A DNA stretch of 63,566 bases, filler included, from Octopus bimaculoides (GCF_001194135.2; 5 parts of 5 records of this genome joined end to end with filler, not necessarily neighbours in it); one strand, 5' to 3'; positions 27,460 through 39,298 are shown, counted from the first letter of the whole stretch. Notes: generated by a model from the letters alone, not told the origin. Made by a program: numbers and translations.

Positions 27460-27648
27460 TGACCTTCTCAGGAATTTCGAGGGTAGCGAGTTTATCGATT
27501 AAATCGATATTTGACTGGTACTTTATTTTATCGACTCTGAAGCCATGACAAGCAAAGGTGACCTCGGCGGAATTTGAACTCAGAACGTAAAGAAACAGAA
27601 GAAATGTCCCTGAGCATTTTGTCCGACGCACAAATGAATCTGCTAGCC
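27460..27648 (-). mobile_element. SINE family A abutting the truncated 3' end of the mariner
   Basis: ggtactttattttatcgac...gcaaaggtgacctcggcggaatttgaactcagaacgtaaag. Confidence 0.7.
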
Positions 27649-28710
27649 CATCCGAAAAGCGCTTCCCATTAAAAAAAGACTTCATGGTTGAAAAGAGGTG
27701 GAAGTTAGATGGCGTGAGGCCGGGAGAGTAAGGGGGATGAGAAAGAATTTCATAACAACAAGAGTGTGCTTTCATCTGGGCAACATGCGCATAGTGAACT
27801 GGGGCGTTGTCCTGGAGGAGGCGGACTCCTTTGGTCAGCGTCCCACACCTCTCTGCTCTTTGATGGCGTCCTGCAATTTCCGCAGCAAAGAAGCATAATA
27901 TTGTGGTGCCCTTTGCCAGAAAATCCATCTTACTTCTCCGCGCTGGTCCCCAAAGACTGAGCATCACTTTACTTGCTGAAGGTTGGACACGAGCCTTCTT
28001 TGGAGGTGGTGAGTTATCATGCTTTCATTGCCTTGACTGGACTTTAGTCACAGGATCATAGTGTTGGACCTGTGTGATAAGTCTGCCGAAAAAGTCCATT
28101 TCGTTTTCTTGGCACGTTGCCAAAAGAGCCTGGGAGCAATTGATTCGTTCCTGCTTCTGAAGAGGTGTGAGCATCTGAGGAATCCATCATGCAGACAACT
28201 TCCGCATGTGCAAATGGTCGTGAATGATTTTTTCCACGGACCCTACACTTACCTTCACTTCTTGGGCTAGTTGCCGAATAGTTATGCGGCGATGCTCCAA
28301 AATGACGGCTTCCACTTTATGGATGGTGTCGTCATCAATGGCGGAATGTAGTCGTCCGGAAATAGGAGCAGTTTCCACCTATGTCAGACCATATTTGAAC
28401 TGACGATGCCAGTGCTTGATCACGTCGTATGATGGTGCATTGTCACCGTAAACTTCTTTTATCTCATTGAAAGTCTCTTTTGGTGTACGACCTTTTAAAT
28501 ATAAGAACCTGATCACTGATCTGCACTCAACTGCCTCCATTATATCTCCTTAGTCCACTTCAGTAGCCGTAAAAGACAAACGAATACAAGTAGAAAGCTG
28601 CTATTTACAATGTGACATCTAGGGGCATGTTTAATTGCACCTGTACAAGTTCCTTTCCCTGCAATAACCGAAAGTGGGTTAGGGGAAATCTTTAATGAAC
28701 ACCCCACGTA
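27649..28710 (-). mobile_element. Decayed mariner (irritans/Himar1-Hsmar2-like) transposon; transposase pseudogene 28540 to 27649
   Basis: MEAVECRSVIRFLYLKGRTPKETFNEIKEVYGDNAPSY...RRITIRQLAQEVKVSVGSVEKIIHDHLHMRKLSA*WIPQML...HYDP...KVML...LLQDNAPVH...HPPYSPGLTPSNFHLF...GKRFSD, with 3 stops and frameshifts. Left TIR TACGTGGGGTGTTCATTAAAG ends at 28710; no right TIR. Confidence 0.92.
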
Positions 28711-29034
28711 GGTGGTATTTGGACTCACAACATAACGCTAGAAGAAAAGCCACTAAGCATTTTCTCGTCGTACTAACGATTCTACCAGTTCACCACATTC
28801 TGGCAGCCGTCACTCAGGAAAACATGAAGTAGTCCTGGTGTAGAAAGGGCATGCCATTGATCAAGTCACTATTGGAGACGAATGGACTTTAACAAACCTA
28901 ACTCATTCATTCATTCATTGCGTGATTGATTGAATGATTGACCGAACGATTAATCAAACAATCAATTAGTTGGTTAAATTATCAATGAGTAATTAAGAAG
29001 TGAAATAAGACCAGTGCGTGTGCTTGTTATTTGC

Positions 29035-29540
29035 ATTAGCGGTATTTCCTCCGTCTTTACGTTCTGAGTTCAAATTCCGCCGAGGTCAACTCTGCCTTTC
29101 ATTCTTTCGGGGTCGATATATTAAGTACCAGTTGCGTATGGTGGTCGATCTAATCGACTGGCCCCCTCCCTCAAAATTTCGGGCCTTGTGGCTAGAGTAG
29201 AAAAGAATCGTTAGCACGCCAAGCGAAATGCTTAGCGGTATTTCGTCTGCCACTGCGTTCTGAGTTCAAATTCCGCCGAGGTCGACTTTGCCTTTCATCC
29301 TTTCGGGGTCGATAAATTAAGTACCAGTTACGCACTGGGGTCGATATGATCGACTTAATCCGTTTGTCTGTCCTTGTTTGTCCCCTCTGTGTGTAGCCCC
29401 TTGTGGGCAGTAAAGAAATAGGTATTTCGTCTGTCTTTACTTTATGAGTGCAAATTCCGCCGAATTCGACTTGGCCTTTCATCCTTTCGGGGCCGATAAA
29501 TTAACCAGTTACGTACGGAGGTCGATCTAATCGACGGGCC
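29035..29540 (+). mobile_element. Three tandem SINE family A units (29035-29198, 29199-29420, 29421-29540)
   Basis: Repeated gtatttc..ttctgagttcaaattccgccgaggtcgactttgcctttcatcctttcggggtcgataaattaagtaccagtt. Confidence 0.88.
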
Positions 29541-30206
29541 NNNNNNNNNNNNNNNNNNNNNNNNNNNNNNNNNNNNNNNNNNNNNNNNNNNNNNNNNNNN
29601 NNNNNNNNNNNNNNNNNNNNNNNNNNNNNNNNNNNNNNNNNNNNNNNNNNNNNNNNNNNNNNNNNNNNNNNNNNNNNNNNNNNNNNNNNNNNNNNNNNNN
29701 NNNNNNNNNNNNNNNNNNNNNNNNNNNNNNNNNNNNNNNNNNNNNNNNNNNNNNNNNNNNNNNNNNNNNNNNNNNNNNNNNNNNNNNNNNNNNNNNNNNN
29801 NNNNNNNNNNNNNNNNNNNNNNNNNNNNNNNNNNNNNNNNNNNNNNNNNNNNNNNNNNNNNNNNNNNNNNNNNNNNNNNNNNNNNNNNNNNNNNNNNNNN
29901 NNNNNNNNNNNNNNNNNNNNNNNNNNNNNNNNNNNNNNNNNNNNNNNNNNNNNNNNNNNNNNNNNNNNNNNNNNNNNNNNNNNNNNNNNNNNNNNNNNNN
30001 NNNNNNNNNNNNNNNNNNNNNNNNNNNNNNNNNNNNNNNNNNNNNNNNNNNNNNNNNNNNNNNNNNNNNNNNNNNNNNNNNNNNNNNNNNNNNNNNNNNN
30101 NNNNNNNNNNNNNNNNNNNNNNNNNNNNNNNNNNNNNNNNNNNNNNNNNNNNNNNNNNNNNNNNNNNNNNNNNNNNNNNNNNNNNNNNNNNNNNNNATAT
30201 ATATAT

Positions 30207-30586
30207 GCGTGGATGTGTGGTAAGAAGTTTGCTTCCCAACCACTTAGTTCCGGGTTCAGTCCCACTGCGTGGCAACTTGGGCAAGTGCCCTTTACTATAG
30301 CCTGGGCCGACCAAAGCCTTCTGAGTGGATTTGGTAGACGGAAACTGAAAGAAACCTGTCGTATATATATACATATATATGTATGTATATGTGTGTTTGT
30401 CTCTCCACCAGCGCTTGAGAACCGGTGTCGATGTGTTTACGTTCCCGTAACACAGCGGTTCAGCAATAGAGACCGAGAGAAAAAGTACCAGGCTTGAAAA
30501 AGAAGTACTGGGGTCGATTCATTCATTCGACTAAATGTTCCAGCATGGCCGCAGTCTGGTCCCTGAAAGAAGTAAAAGATAAAAGA
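30207..30586 (+). mobile_element. SINE family B, near full length
   Basis: gtgtggtaagaagtttgcttccc...gggttcagtcccactgcgtggcaacttgggcaagtg (CORE-like) ... cagcatggccgcagtc..gtaaaagataaaaga. Confidence 0.85.
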
Positions 30587-30707
30587 TATACCTCAGAAAA
30601 TTTCTCCTGTCACCAAGCACACATACACACCCACCCACCCACACACACAAAAGACGAATCCCTCTGTTACTTTAGCAACCAAGGTAAGAAGGTTAAACTC
30701 TTTTCTA

Positions 30708-30795
30708 CACCAGGCACAAGGTCTGAAATTTTGGAGGAGGGAGGCCAGTCGATTAGATCGACCCAGTACGCAACTGGTACCTAAATTATCGACTA
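30708..30795 (-). mobile_element. SINE family A tail
   Basis: caggcacaaggtctgaaattttggaggagggaggccagtcgattagatcgacccagtacgcaactggtac. Confidence 0.7.
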
Positions 30796-30840
30796 GTAAA
30801 TTCTTGTAACTTGATACAGAGAGCTGCTATGCCACTATCA

Positions 30841-30886
30841 ACTGGGCTGCCAATCAACAGTCTAGACTGTTGATTGGTAGCCCAGT
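30841..30886. repeat. 46-bp zero-spacer palindrome centred on TCTAGA, one G/T mismatch
   Basis: ACTGGGCTGCCAATCAACAGTCT|AGACTGTTGATTGGTAGCCCAGT. Confidence 0.95.
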
Positions 30887-31106
30887 CAAGATGGTATTTT
30901 CTTCTTCTCCCACTCTTGTTTTTGCACACATCTACAAAATGACTTTCTAAAATGAAATTCCATTATGCAGCCGAGGAATACATTTTCATTGCACATTTTA
31001 TGTGGCGTTCTCACTACATAAATAAATGAAGTTTGTACGAAACGTACGTACTGCTATAACCTATTGAATTTTTGTTGCTTTTCTTCATACATATACATAC
31101 ATATAC

Positions 31107-31163
<57 letters not shown>

Positions 31164-31290
31164 TGTGTGTATATATATATATATATATATNNNNNNNNNN
31201 NNNNNNNNNNNNNNNNNNNNNNNNNNNNNNNNNNTTAATTAATTAANNNNNNNNNNNNNNNNNNNNNNNNNNNNNNNNNNNNNNNNNNNN

Positions 31291-31338
<48 letters not shown>

Positions 31339-31938
31339 GTGTGTGTACGTGATGGCACACACTGTCTGTGTGTGTATGCCAGCATGGAACATGGACTTCA
31401 AATGATGATGAAGAGATACAGATATGTATGTGTGTGCGTATTAGGAATCTTGTATGTATGTCTTGTGTGTGTGTGTGTGTGTGTACATGTTTCTATGTGT
31501 GTATCTATGCATAGATACGCACATACAAATATACATACATATATATATTTATATGTACATGCCTATGTATGTATATGTGTACGCACACATATATATACAT
31601 GTGTATATGTGCATGCATATATATATATATGTATATGTATACCTGTGTGTGAACATGCAGAACATGAAAAATAAAGGATGGCAGAGAGAAAGAAAGAAAA
31701 GAAAGGAAAAGTGAGATGGGGAAAGAGAGAGAAGGAGGGAGGGCCAGGGCAAAAAAAAAAAATCACAAAAACATGGAAGGACTTTACTAATTGCTTAAAA
31801 AAGAAAAAAAAACGAAACAGAACCTTATTAATTTGCTTAAAATAAGAATTGTGCTTTATGGCTGCTTGTAAAAAAAACAAAAAACCATGATAAGATCCTG
31901 TGTTCCTTTAAAAAAAAGTCACATGACCTCTGACATAC

Positions 31939-31984
31939 TTGGTAAGTATTTCAGTGTTAACCCATTCTTCTGCGGAAGTGCAAC
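31939..31984 (-). CDS. Weak candidate 46-nt exon (VALPQKNGLTLKYLP or CTSAEEWVNTEILT)
   Basis: caatatgcag|G acceptor and CAA|GTATGT donor; two frames are open. Confidence 0.2.
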
Positions 31985-32297
31985 CTGCATATTGTGTGAT
32001 GGCTTATATTTTCAAAAACTACGATGATGACCTAAAACGTGTCAGTTTTCGCCAGAGGAAGGTCAAAACAACGTTTCGAAAAAATGGTGTGTGTTTGTGT
32101 ATGTATGTAGTGTAGTGTTGTGTTGTGTACATGTGTATATGTATGTGTGTATTTATATTTATATATATATGTGTATGTGTGTCTATATGTATGCATGTGT
32201 GTGTGTATGTGTATATGTGTATGTGTATGTATACATATGTATATATGTATATATAAATATATGTGTGTATGCATGAACATTTATCTGTGTATGTATG

Positions 32298-32328
<31 letters not shown>

Positions 32329-33179
32329 NNNNNNNNNNNNNNNNNNNNNNNNNNNNNNNNNNNNNNNNNNNNNNNNNNNNNNNNNNNNNNNNNNNNNNNN
32401 NNNNNNNNNNNNNNNNNNNNNNNNNNNNNNNNNNNNNNNNNNNNNNNNNNNNNNNNNNNNNNNNNNNNNNNNNNNNNNNNNNNNNNNNNNNNNNNNNNNN
32501 NNNNNNNNNNNNNNNNNNNNNNNNNNNNNNNNNNNNNNNNNNNNNNNNNNNNNNNNNNNNNNNNNNNNNNNNNNNNNNNNNNNNNNNNNNNNNNNNNNNN
32601 NNNNNNNNNNNNNNNNNNNNNNNNNNNNNNNNNNNNNNNNNNNNNNNNNNNNNNNNNNNNNNNNNNNNNNNNNNNNNNNNNNNNNNNNNNNNNNNNNNNN
32701 NNNNNNNNNNNNNNNNNNNNNNNNNNNNNNNNNNNNNNNNNNNNNNNNNNNNNNNNNNNNNNNNNNNNNNNNNNNNNNNNNNNNNNNNNNNNNNNNNNNN
32801 NNNNNNNNNNNNNCATCAACAACAACAACAATTATTTATTGTTGTTTTCCTTTTCTGTTCTTTTTTGTTCTTGTTCTTCTGGCTGAAGAGACCCCCCCCC
32901 TTACCACTACCACTCATCTCTTTAAAGTCAGTTTCTATAAGCCACCACCATTACCATCTTTCCTCTACTACTGCTAATACTACTACTACTACTACCACCA
33001 CCAGATAGAAAAAAATAAGATCCCTTCTTTTAAATGTTCCTCCTCACTCCTTTATTTTGGTGGCTTTACATATATATTTTATATTATACATATATGTTAT
33101 GTTATATATATATATATTATATATATTTATGTATCATATACATATATATATATATATATACATATATATATGTGTACAC

Positions 33180-33335
33180 ATATGGGGGAGAATTCACAAA
33201 GAAACAAAAGACGAAGACAGGTGGTGTAGAAAACAAATAGATGTATTAGTTTAACGCTTGGTAATTGAGATAATCTTTAACATTTCGAGCCTACGCTCTT
33301 CCACAGAAAGAAACAAGGAGAGAAAAAAAGAATGT
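33180..33335 (-). mobile_element. Putative Penelope-like terminal repeat fragment carrying a hammerhead-like motif
   Basis: Homologous to 61321-61425; contains the motif at 33274-33311. Confidence 0.55.
33274..33311 (-). ncRNA. Hammerhead-like motif, minimal type I topology, atypical core CUGUGGA
   Basis: UCUUU-CUGUGGA-A-GAGC(GUAG)GCUC-GAAAUGUU-AAAGA: stems I and II pair perfectly, but the core deviates from CUGANGA. Confidence 0.5.
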
Positions 33336-33360
33336 GTAGTGGTTAGCAATCTATCATGGC

Positions 33361-33397
<37 letters not shown>

Positions 33398-33969
33398 NNN
33401 NNNNNNNNNNNNNNNNNNNNNNNNNNNNNNNNNNNNNNNNNNNNNNNNNNNNNNNNNNNNNNNNNNNNNNNNNNNNNNNNNNNNNNNNNNNNNNNNNNNN
33501 NNNNNNNNNNNNNNNNNNNNNNNNNNNNNNNNNNNNNNNNNNNNNNNNNNNNNNNNNCGTCATGACGACGACGATGATGACACTGATGACACTGGTTAAC
33601 TGTTTGTCCCTGCAAAATTCATTAAGGCCTCACTCACCCATTTTCTGCCCCTACCCTTCCTACTCTATCCCTATATAAAAAAATTTTATTTTTTAAATTG
33701 TTGATGTTGATGCTATAGCTGTTGTTGTTGTACAATTTTAACATGAAGTGGTATGGACTGATTTAGGGCAGACACACAGCTGAAACATAGCAACTAACGG
33801 AATTTTTCTGGTGTTTTACTTCGCTGTTAAATGATTCCTTTTTTTTTTATTCCTTTTTCTTAATAGTTTAGGCTTCCAACCCTTTCAGGGGTGGTCTTTA
33901 ACATTCTTCCTTACATCCCTTTCAAAGTAGGGTGGGTATTGGTACCCTTCCTTTTTAACTTCAGCATTT

Positions 33970-34342
33970 TTAACTCTCCAGCGTTCGGATGGCTCTGTCA
34001 ATTTGCAATACTTTATTTATTCACATCGTTTTTAACCAATCACGAATCATCTCATAGTTTTCAGATTTCAACGATGTGATTGATTATTTTTAGAATGGCA
34101 TTGTGGAGTATGTGTAAGAGGCCAGATCCGACCAGTTTGAATATAGAACATGTAGGATATCTTGGCTGGATGCAGTCAATTTAAACACTAAAGTTTTATA
34201 TCGGATCCTACCATAGCTTTGAGATTTCAATGATGTGATTGTTTATTTTTAGAATGACATTGTAGGGCTGGTGTAAGAGGCCAGATCCGGCCAGTTTGAA
34301 CATAAAGCAGATAGAATATTTGATCCAGATATGGCTGTTATT
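33970..34342 (+). mobile_element. piggyBac-like MITE remnant with two tandem internal units of about 160 bp
   Basis: Starts TTAACTCTCCAGCGTTCGGAT (compare taaccctttagcattcagat at 37360). The unit gatgtgattg.ttatttttagaatg.cattgt..gtaagaggccagatccg..cagtttgaa occurs twice. Confidence 0.6.
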
Positions 34343-34498
34343 TCTATCAGGATGAGCGATTACATAGAAACCCTCTTCCAGTATAAGGGAGTCATGTGTG
34401 TATTGTAGGGGCCTGGACCTTCAGGATTGATGTGTTTTGTCTCGTAGGGGATACAAGTCTAAACATCATTACTGCTGTTGTTGATGTTGATGTTGTTA

Positions 34499-35697
34499 TT
34501 GGCAGAATTGTTAGCGTCAGACGCAATGCCATGCGATGTGTGCTCCAGCTCTTTAATGTTCTGGGTTCAAACCCTACCGAGGTCAGCTTTGCCTTTGATC
34601 CCTCCTTGGTTGATTGAATAAAGGGCCAATGAAATAGTCCCGATTGATTTAATCGACTAGCCCTTGACTCCTCCACTGCCCCCCCCCCCACCGCTTCCCC
34701 TGCATTTCTGGCCTTGTGCCTGTACAAGAAACTGTTATTAAGGGTTGTCAGTTGGTAGGGTCACTGGACTGTCAGAAAAAATAATTAAATAAATTAATAA
34801 ATACCTTTTGGTATTTGTTTTAGCCCTTTTCATTCTGAGTTCAATTATTGTTGAGGCCAGCTTTGCCTTTCCATTCGTTTGGGTTTCGTTAACAAAAAAA
34901 ATACCTGCTGTTCACTGAGGCTGATGTAATCAATAAGCCCCTCCCCTCAAAATTGTTAACCTTGTGCCTGAAGTACAAACAAGTGTTATACTTGGTGAGT
35001 TGGAAAACAATGTGTCTGAGCATTGGAAAAATGCTTTGCAATATTTCTTTCGGCCCTCTGTGTTCTGAGTTCAAATCCTGCTGTGGTCGACTTTGCCTTT
35101 CATCCTTTCAGGGTCGATTAAGTAAAGTACTTATCAAGTATTTGGAGATGTCATTGACTTGCTCTCGTCCCTCAACTCAAAATTCCAGGCCTTGTGCTAA
35201 AATTAGAATTTTTTAACAGTAGGTTAATGAGACTAGCTGGCTGAATCATTAGAATGCCAGAAGAAAAGCTTTGTGACTCATGTCTTGAGTTCAAATCTTA
35301 CCAAGGTCAATTTTGCCTTTCATCTTTGTGAGGTCAATAACGTAAAGTACCAGTACTTTAAGTACTCGTACTTTGTTAGAACTAGAGTCAGTTGGTATCA
35401 AATTGCCCCCACCACACACACACATACACACCTAAAAATTGCTGGCTTTGTGCCAAAATTAGAAAGAATTATTTTACTGGCAGAACCATAAGAGCGTTGG
35501 AAGAAATGCTTTGTGCCATGATTTTCATGTCCGTTCATCACATTCTCTGCTCAGACCCCTCCAAGATCAGCTTTGTCTCTCGTCCCTTCAAAGTTTGATA
35601 AAATAAAGTACCTACAAAGTACAAGGGCGAATGGTATCGACTTAACCCCTACTCCTTTCAAAATGGTTGGCTTTATGCCAAAATTAGAAAGAATTCT
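34499..35697 (+). mobile_element. Cluster of five degenerate SINE family A units, all on the + strand
   Basis: The ttctgagttcaaa..gccttt catc..gtcgata..aagtacc motif recurs at about 34560, 34835, 35065, 35285 and 35550. Confidence 0.75.
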
Positions 35698-35892
35698 TGG
35701 CTATCGGTCATCAGAATCATGAAAGCATGGTTACCTGATTACAGGTGTTTTATCCTGTTATTTTTAAAGTTTTACCATTTAATTGTTTCAAACATCAGAC
35801 TGCGGCCATGCTGGGGCACTGCCATTGAAAGTTTTTTTAGTTGAATGTATCCACCCCAATACATAGTTTTTTTTTTTTTTTTNNNNNNNNNN

Positions 35893-36045
35893 GAGTTCAA
35901 ATGCTGCCAGGGTTGACTTTGCCTTTCATTCTTTCAGGGTCGATAAAATAAGTACCAGTCGCGCATTGGAGTCAATGTAATTGACTAACCCACTCCCCCC
36001 CTCCACCCGAAATTTGCTGGTTTGTGCCAAAACCTGAAATCACTA
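35893..36045 (+). mobile_element. SINE family A core/tail
   Basis: gagttcaaatgctgccagggttgactttgcctttcattctttcagggtcgataaaataagtaccagt. Confidence 0.75.
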
Positions 36046-36051
36046 TGATAA

Positions 36052-36082
<31 letters not shown>

Positions 36083-36121
36083 AACAATAATAATGATAAT
36101 AATAATAATAATAATAATAAT

Positions 36122-36390
36122 GAGCTTATCGTATACAGGGCTCAGATGCACTAAAAATCATCAGAAAACAGACCCCAAAGTGCATGAAGGGTAAACAGAA
36201 ATAAGGCACAGAAAGGGAACAGTGAATGAGTTGTTAAAAAAAAAAGTTGGGAGTGGACATCCAATGTCTTGTTGGCGAATTTCAGGAACCATGGAAGGTT
36301 GGAAGGGTGAAGTGTCTTGACAGCAAACAACTGATGTGGGTAGTTTATTCCATGCTTCGGTAATTCTGAGCATGAAAGAAACATTTCTGA
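36122..36390 (-). mobile_element. CR1/L2-type LINE 3' end with (ATT)n tail
   Basis: LRITEAWNKLPTSVVCCQDTSPFQPSMVPEI matches the CR1-type RVVxAWNxLP C-terminal motif; the tail is the AAT array at 36047-36121. Confidence 0.7.
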
Positions 36391-36660
36391 AAAAAAAACA
36401 GGGAGTTTGGGACGTAACTTAATGAAAGGGTTCTGATATAAAATTGTAATGATCAGTTTTTAATTTAAATAGCTATGCAAATATGAGCCCTAAAATTTAA
36501 ATTAAGAGGTATTGTTTCCATAGAAGTGAGAGGTAGGCTTAGAAATATTGGTATAAAAAGGGTTAAATTTAAATAAAAATGATCCACTTGATGCTCGTTA
36601 TTGAAATTATACTTGTTATTGGTAATTATCATCATTATTAGTTGAACTAAAGAAGGAAAG

Positions 36661-36880
36661 TCAGCTGATGGAATCCTTAACGAAATGAAGTCGACAAAAT
36701 TGCTTCCAACTCTCTACATTCCGGGTTCCAATTCCACCCAGGTTGACTTGGCTTTTCATCCTTTCAGAGGTCGATAAAGCAAGTTCTAGTTGACTGGGGG
36801 GAAGGGGGTAGCTTGATGTAATTGACTTACCCCACCCCTTCAAAATTACAGGCCTTGTTTCAAAATTTGAAACCATTATT
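36661..36880 (+). mobile_element. SINE family A
   Basis: gggttccaattcc..caggttgacttggcttttcatcctttcagaggtcgataaag..aaaattacaggccttgtttcaaaatttgaa. Confidence 0.7.
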
Positions 36881-37359
36881 AGTTGACATCCTCCATGTTC
36901 TAAATTCAAATCCTAACGAGGTTAACTTAACGAGTTACTTTGATGACTTTGTGTCTATATGAGTTATTCCTTTTTTGTTGTTAGTTTTTGTTATTTAATT
37001 AGTGCAGCAGATGGAAATAACAGTAGAGTGGTGAGTAAAGTGTAATTACAGTATTAAGTGATGATCCTCTGGGTTCTCAGTTCAAAACTTGCTAGAATCA
37101 AATTTATTTTTACTTTCATCCTTGCTAAGTCAATGCAATGAATACCAGTCAGGTACTAGATTCAATTAGTAGCCTTAAGCTTACGTTAAAGCTGATAATA
37201 CTAATAACTAATGATGTGTTCAAAACCCACCACCCAATTTGAATATTCACTTGGTCACTCTGGCATGAACACCACTGCTTCCCATGATTATTACTTCTTC
37301 CATTTATGACTAAAATCTCGTGCCTTAAGTGACTGATGTTTTGAATTCCTTAAATCGTG

Positions 37360-37840
37360 TAACCCTTTAGCATTCAGATTACCCTTTCAAATGTAATGCT
37401 TATTGATTCACGATGTGTTTGTTTATTTTTAGAATGACAGTGTAGGGTGGGTGTGAGGGGCTGGATCTAACTGGTTTGAGCAAGGAGCAAGTGGAAATAG
37501 ATAGAATACTTGGGCTGAATATGGTCGGTTTAAATTTTGAAGAGTTGAATTATACCCTGCCATAGTTTCAAGTTTTCAATGATGTGATTGTTTATTTTTA
37601 GAATGGCATTGTAAGGTAGGTGTGAGAGACCAGATCTGGCCAGTTTGAACATAAAGTAGATAGAATATTGTGGCTGGATACAGTCCATTTAAATGCTAAA
37701 CGTCTATACCAGACCCTACCATAGCTTCAAGATTACAATGATGTGATTGTTTATTTTTAGAATGACCATGTAGGATTGGTGTGAGAGGCCAGATCCAGCC
37801 AGCTATGGTTGGTTCAAATGCAGAAGGATTAAATAGAATA
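37360..37840 (+). mobile_element. piggyBac-like MITE remnant with three tandem internal units of about 160 bp
   Basis: (g)TAACCCTTTAGCATTCAGATT start; the same unit as 33970-34342 repeated three times, with aaatgctaaa (TIR complement) at a unit end. Confidence 0.65.
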
Positions 37841-38169
37841 GTATCACGGCAAGAATTAAATAACAGAATTTACAATGCTTGCCTCAGCTTTTCCAGATTT
37901 GGAGCAAGGAGTGTTAAGAGTTTGTCATTAGTTTGTTACCTATCCCTGTGCATTGAGCTTCCTCTTACCAACCACCCTTCATATATTCTGTGATGATACG
38001 TTAAACCAAATATAACTGGTATGATACCTTTTATTGAAACTCGTAGTAATGTTTATTTTAACTTCCTCGCTTCTGAGGAATGATTTGCCTTCGTTTTTTT
38101 TTTAATCTTTGTTGATCAAGTTTTCAACTTCAGTTTGTTTGTTGGTGTTATTATTGTTATGCTGTTGTT

Positions 38170-38700
38170 GTTGTTGTTATTGAGTTTTCAAATTCTGCCA
38201 AGGTGTACTCCGCCTGTCATCCTTCCAGGGGGTGAGGGGGGTCGATAAAACAAGTACCAGTTGAGCACTGGAGGTCTCAATGTAATCAACTTACACCGCA
38301 CCTCCCCGAAATTGCTGCACTTGTGCCTATAGTGGAAAGGATCATTGTTACTGCTGTGTTTCAAATCCTGCCAAGGTCAACTTTGCCTGTCATCTCTTCA
38401 GGTGGGGAGGGGGAGTCGATGAATTAGGGTCCCAAAATTAGAAAGAATTGTCATTATTGTTATTTTTTTTTGTTGTTGTTTTTTTAAGGCGGCAAACTGG
38501 CAGAATTGTTAGAACGCTGGGTGAAACGCTTAGCGGTATTTCGTCTGCCGTTACGTTCTGAGTTCAAATTCCACTGAGGTCGACTTTGCCTTTCATCCTT
38601 TCGGGGTCGATAAATTAAATACCACTTAAGTACTGGGGTTGATGTCATCAACTTGCCCTTTCCCTCAAAATTTCAGGCCCTGTGCCTATAGTAGAAAGGA
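38170..38700 (+). mobile_element. Three SINE family A units; 38485-38700 is full length
   Basis: ttaaggcggcaaactggcagaattgttagaacgctgggtgaaacgcttagcggtatttcgtctgccgttacgttctgagttcaaattcc... Confidence 0.85.
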
Positions 38701-39027
38701 TTATTATTATTATTATTATTGTTGTTGTTGTTGTTGTTGTTCTCATTGCTATTGTTACTTGACAGTCTCTTCCACCACCATCACCACCACCACAATAACA
38801 ACAACAATCTTTTCCCAGCTCCATTGAAAGAAAAACAAAAATTCTCTCACGAAAGAGAATACAAATTATTTTAAGGCATTCCTTCTCTTTTACATTTGGG
38901 GCTGGATGTCCTCATCTTTAAAAACTGCTACTGTCACCCCATAGAATTAGGGGCCATTTTTTTTTTTTTTGTGTGTGTTTGGAGATATCTTTGTTATATT
39001 TATTCGTCAGCTTTGTACACTTTGTGG

Positions 39028-39160
39028 GAGGCATGTTACCTTAGTGGTTAGGACGTTGGACACTTGATCATAAGGTCATGGTTTCGATTCTTTCACCGGG
39101 CTATGTGTTGTGTTCTTGAGCAAAACTCTTCATTCCGCATCGTTTGTTCACCTGGCAAAA
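39028..39160 (+). mobile_element. SINE family C head
   Basis: ttagtggttaggacgttggac..tggtttcgattc..accgggctatgtgttgtgttcttgagcaaaactctt, matching 43185. Confidence 0.65.
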
Positions 39161-39298
39161 TTAGGTATAAAGTTCTATATTTAAGAGATGAGGGATTCTG
39201 TACATTATTTACAATTGATGGATATTTGTCCTCATCTTGTTTGTTGTTGACACAACGTTTCGGCTGATATACCCTCCAGCCTTCATCANNNNNNNNNN

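Noticed and set aside
39249-39298. Apparent tandem duplicate of the hammerhead (natural dimer)
   Set aside because: An exact duplicate on both sides of a 10-N gap is most likely an unmerged contig overlap; it needs raw reads to confirm.
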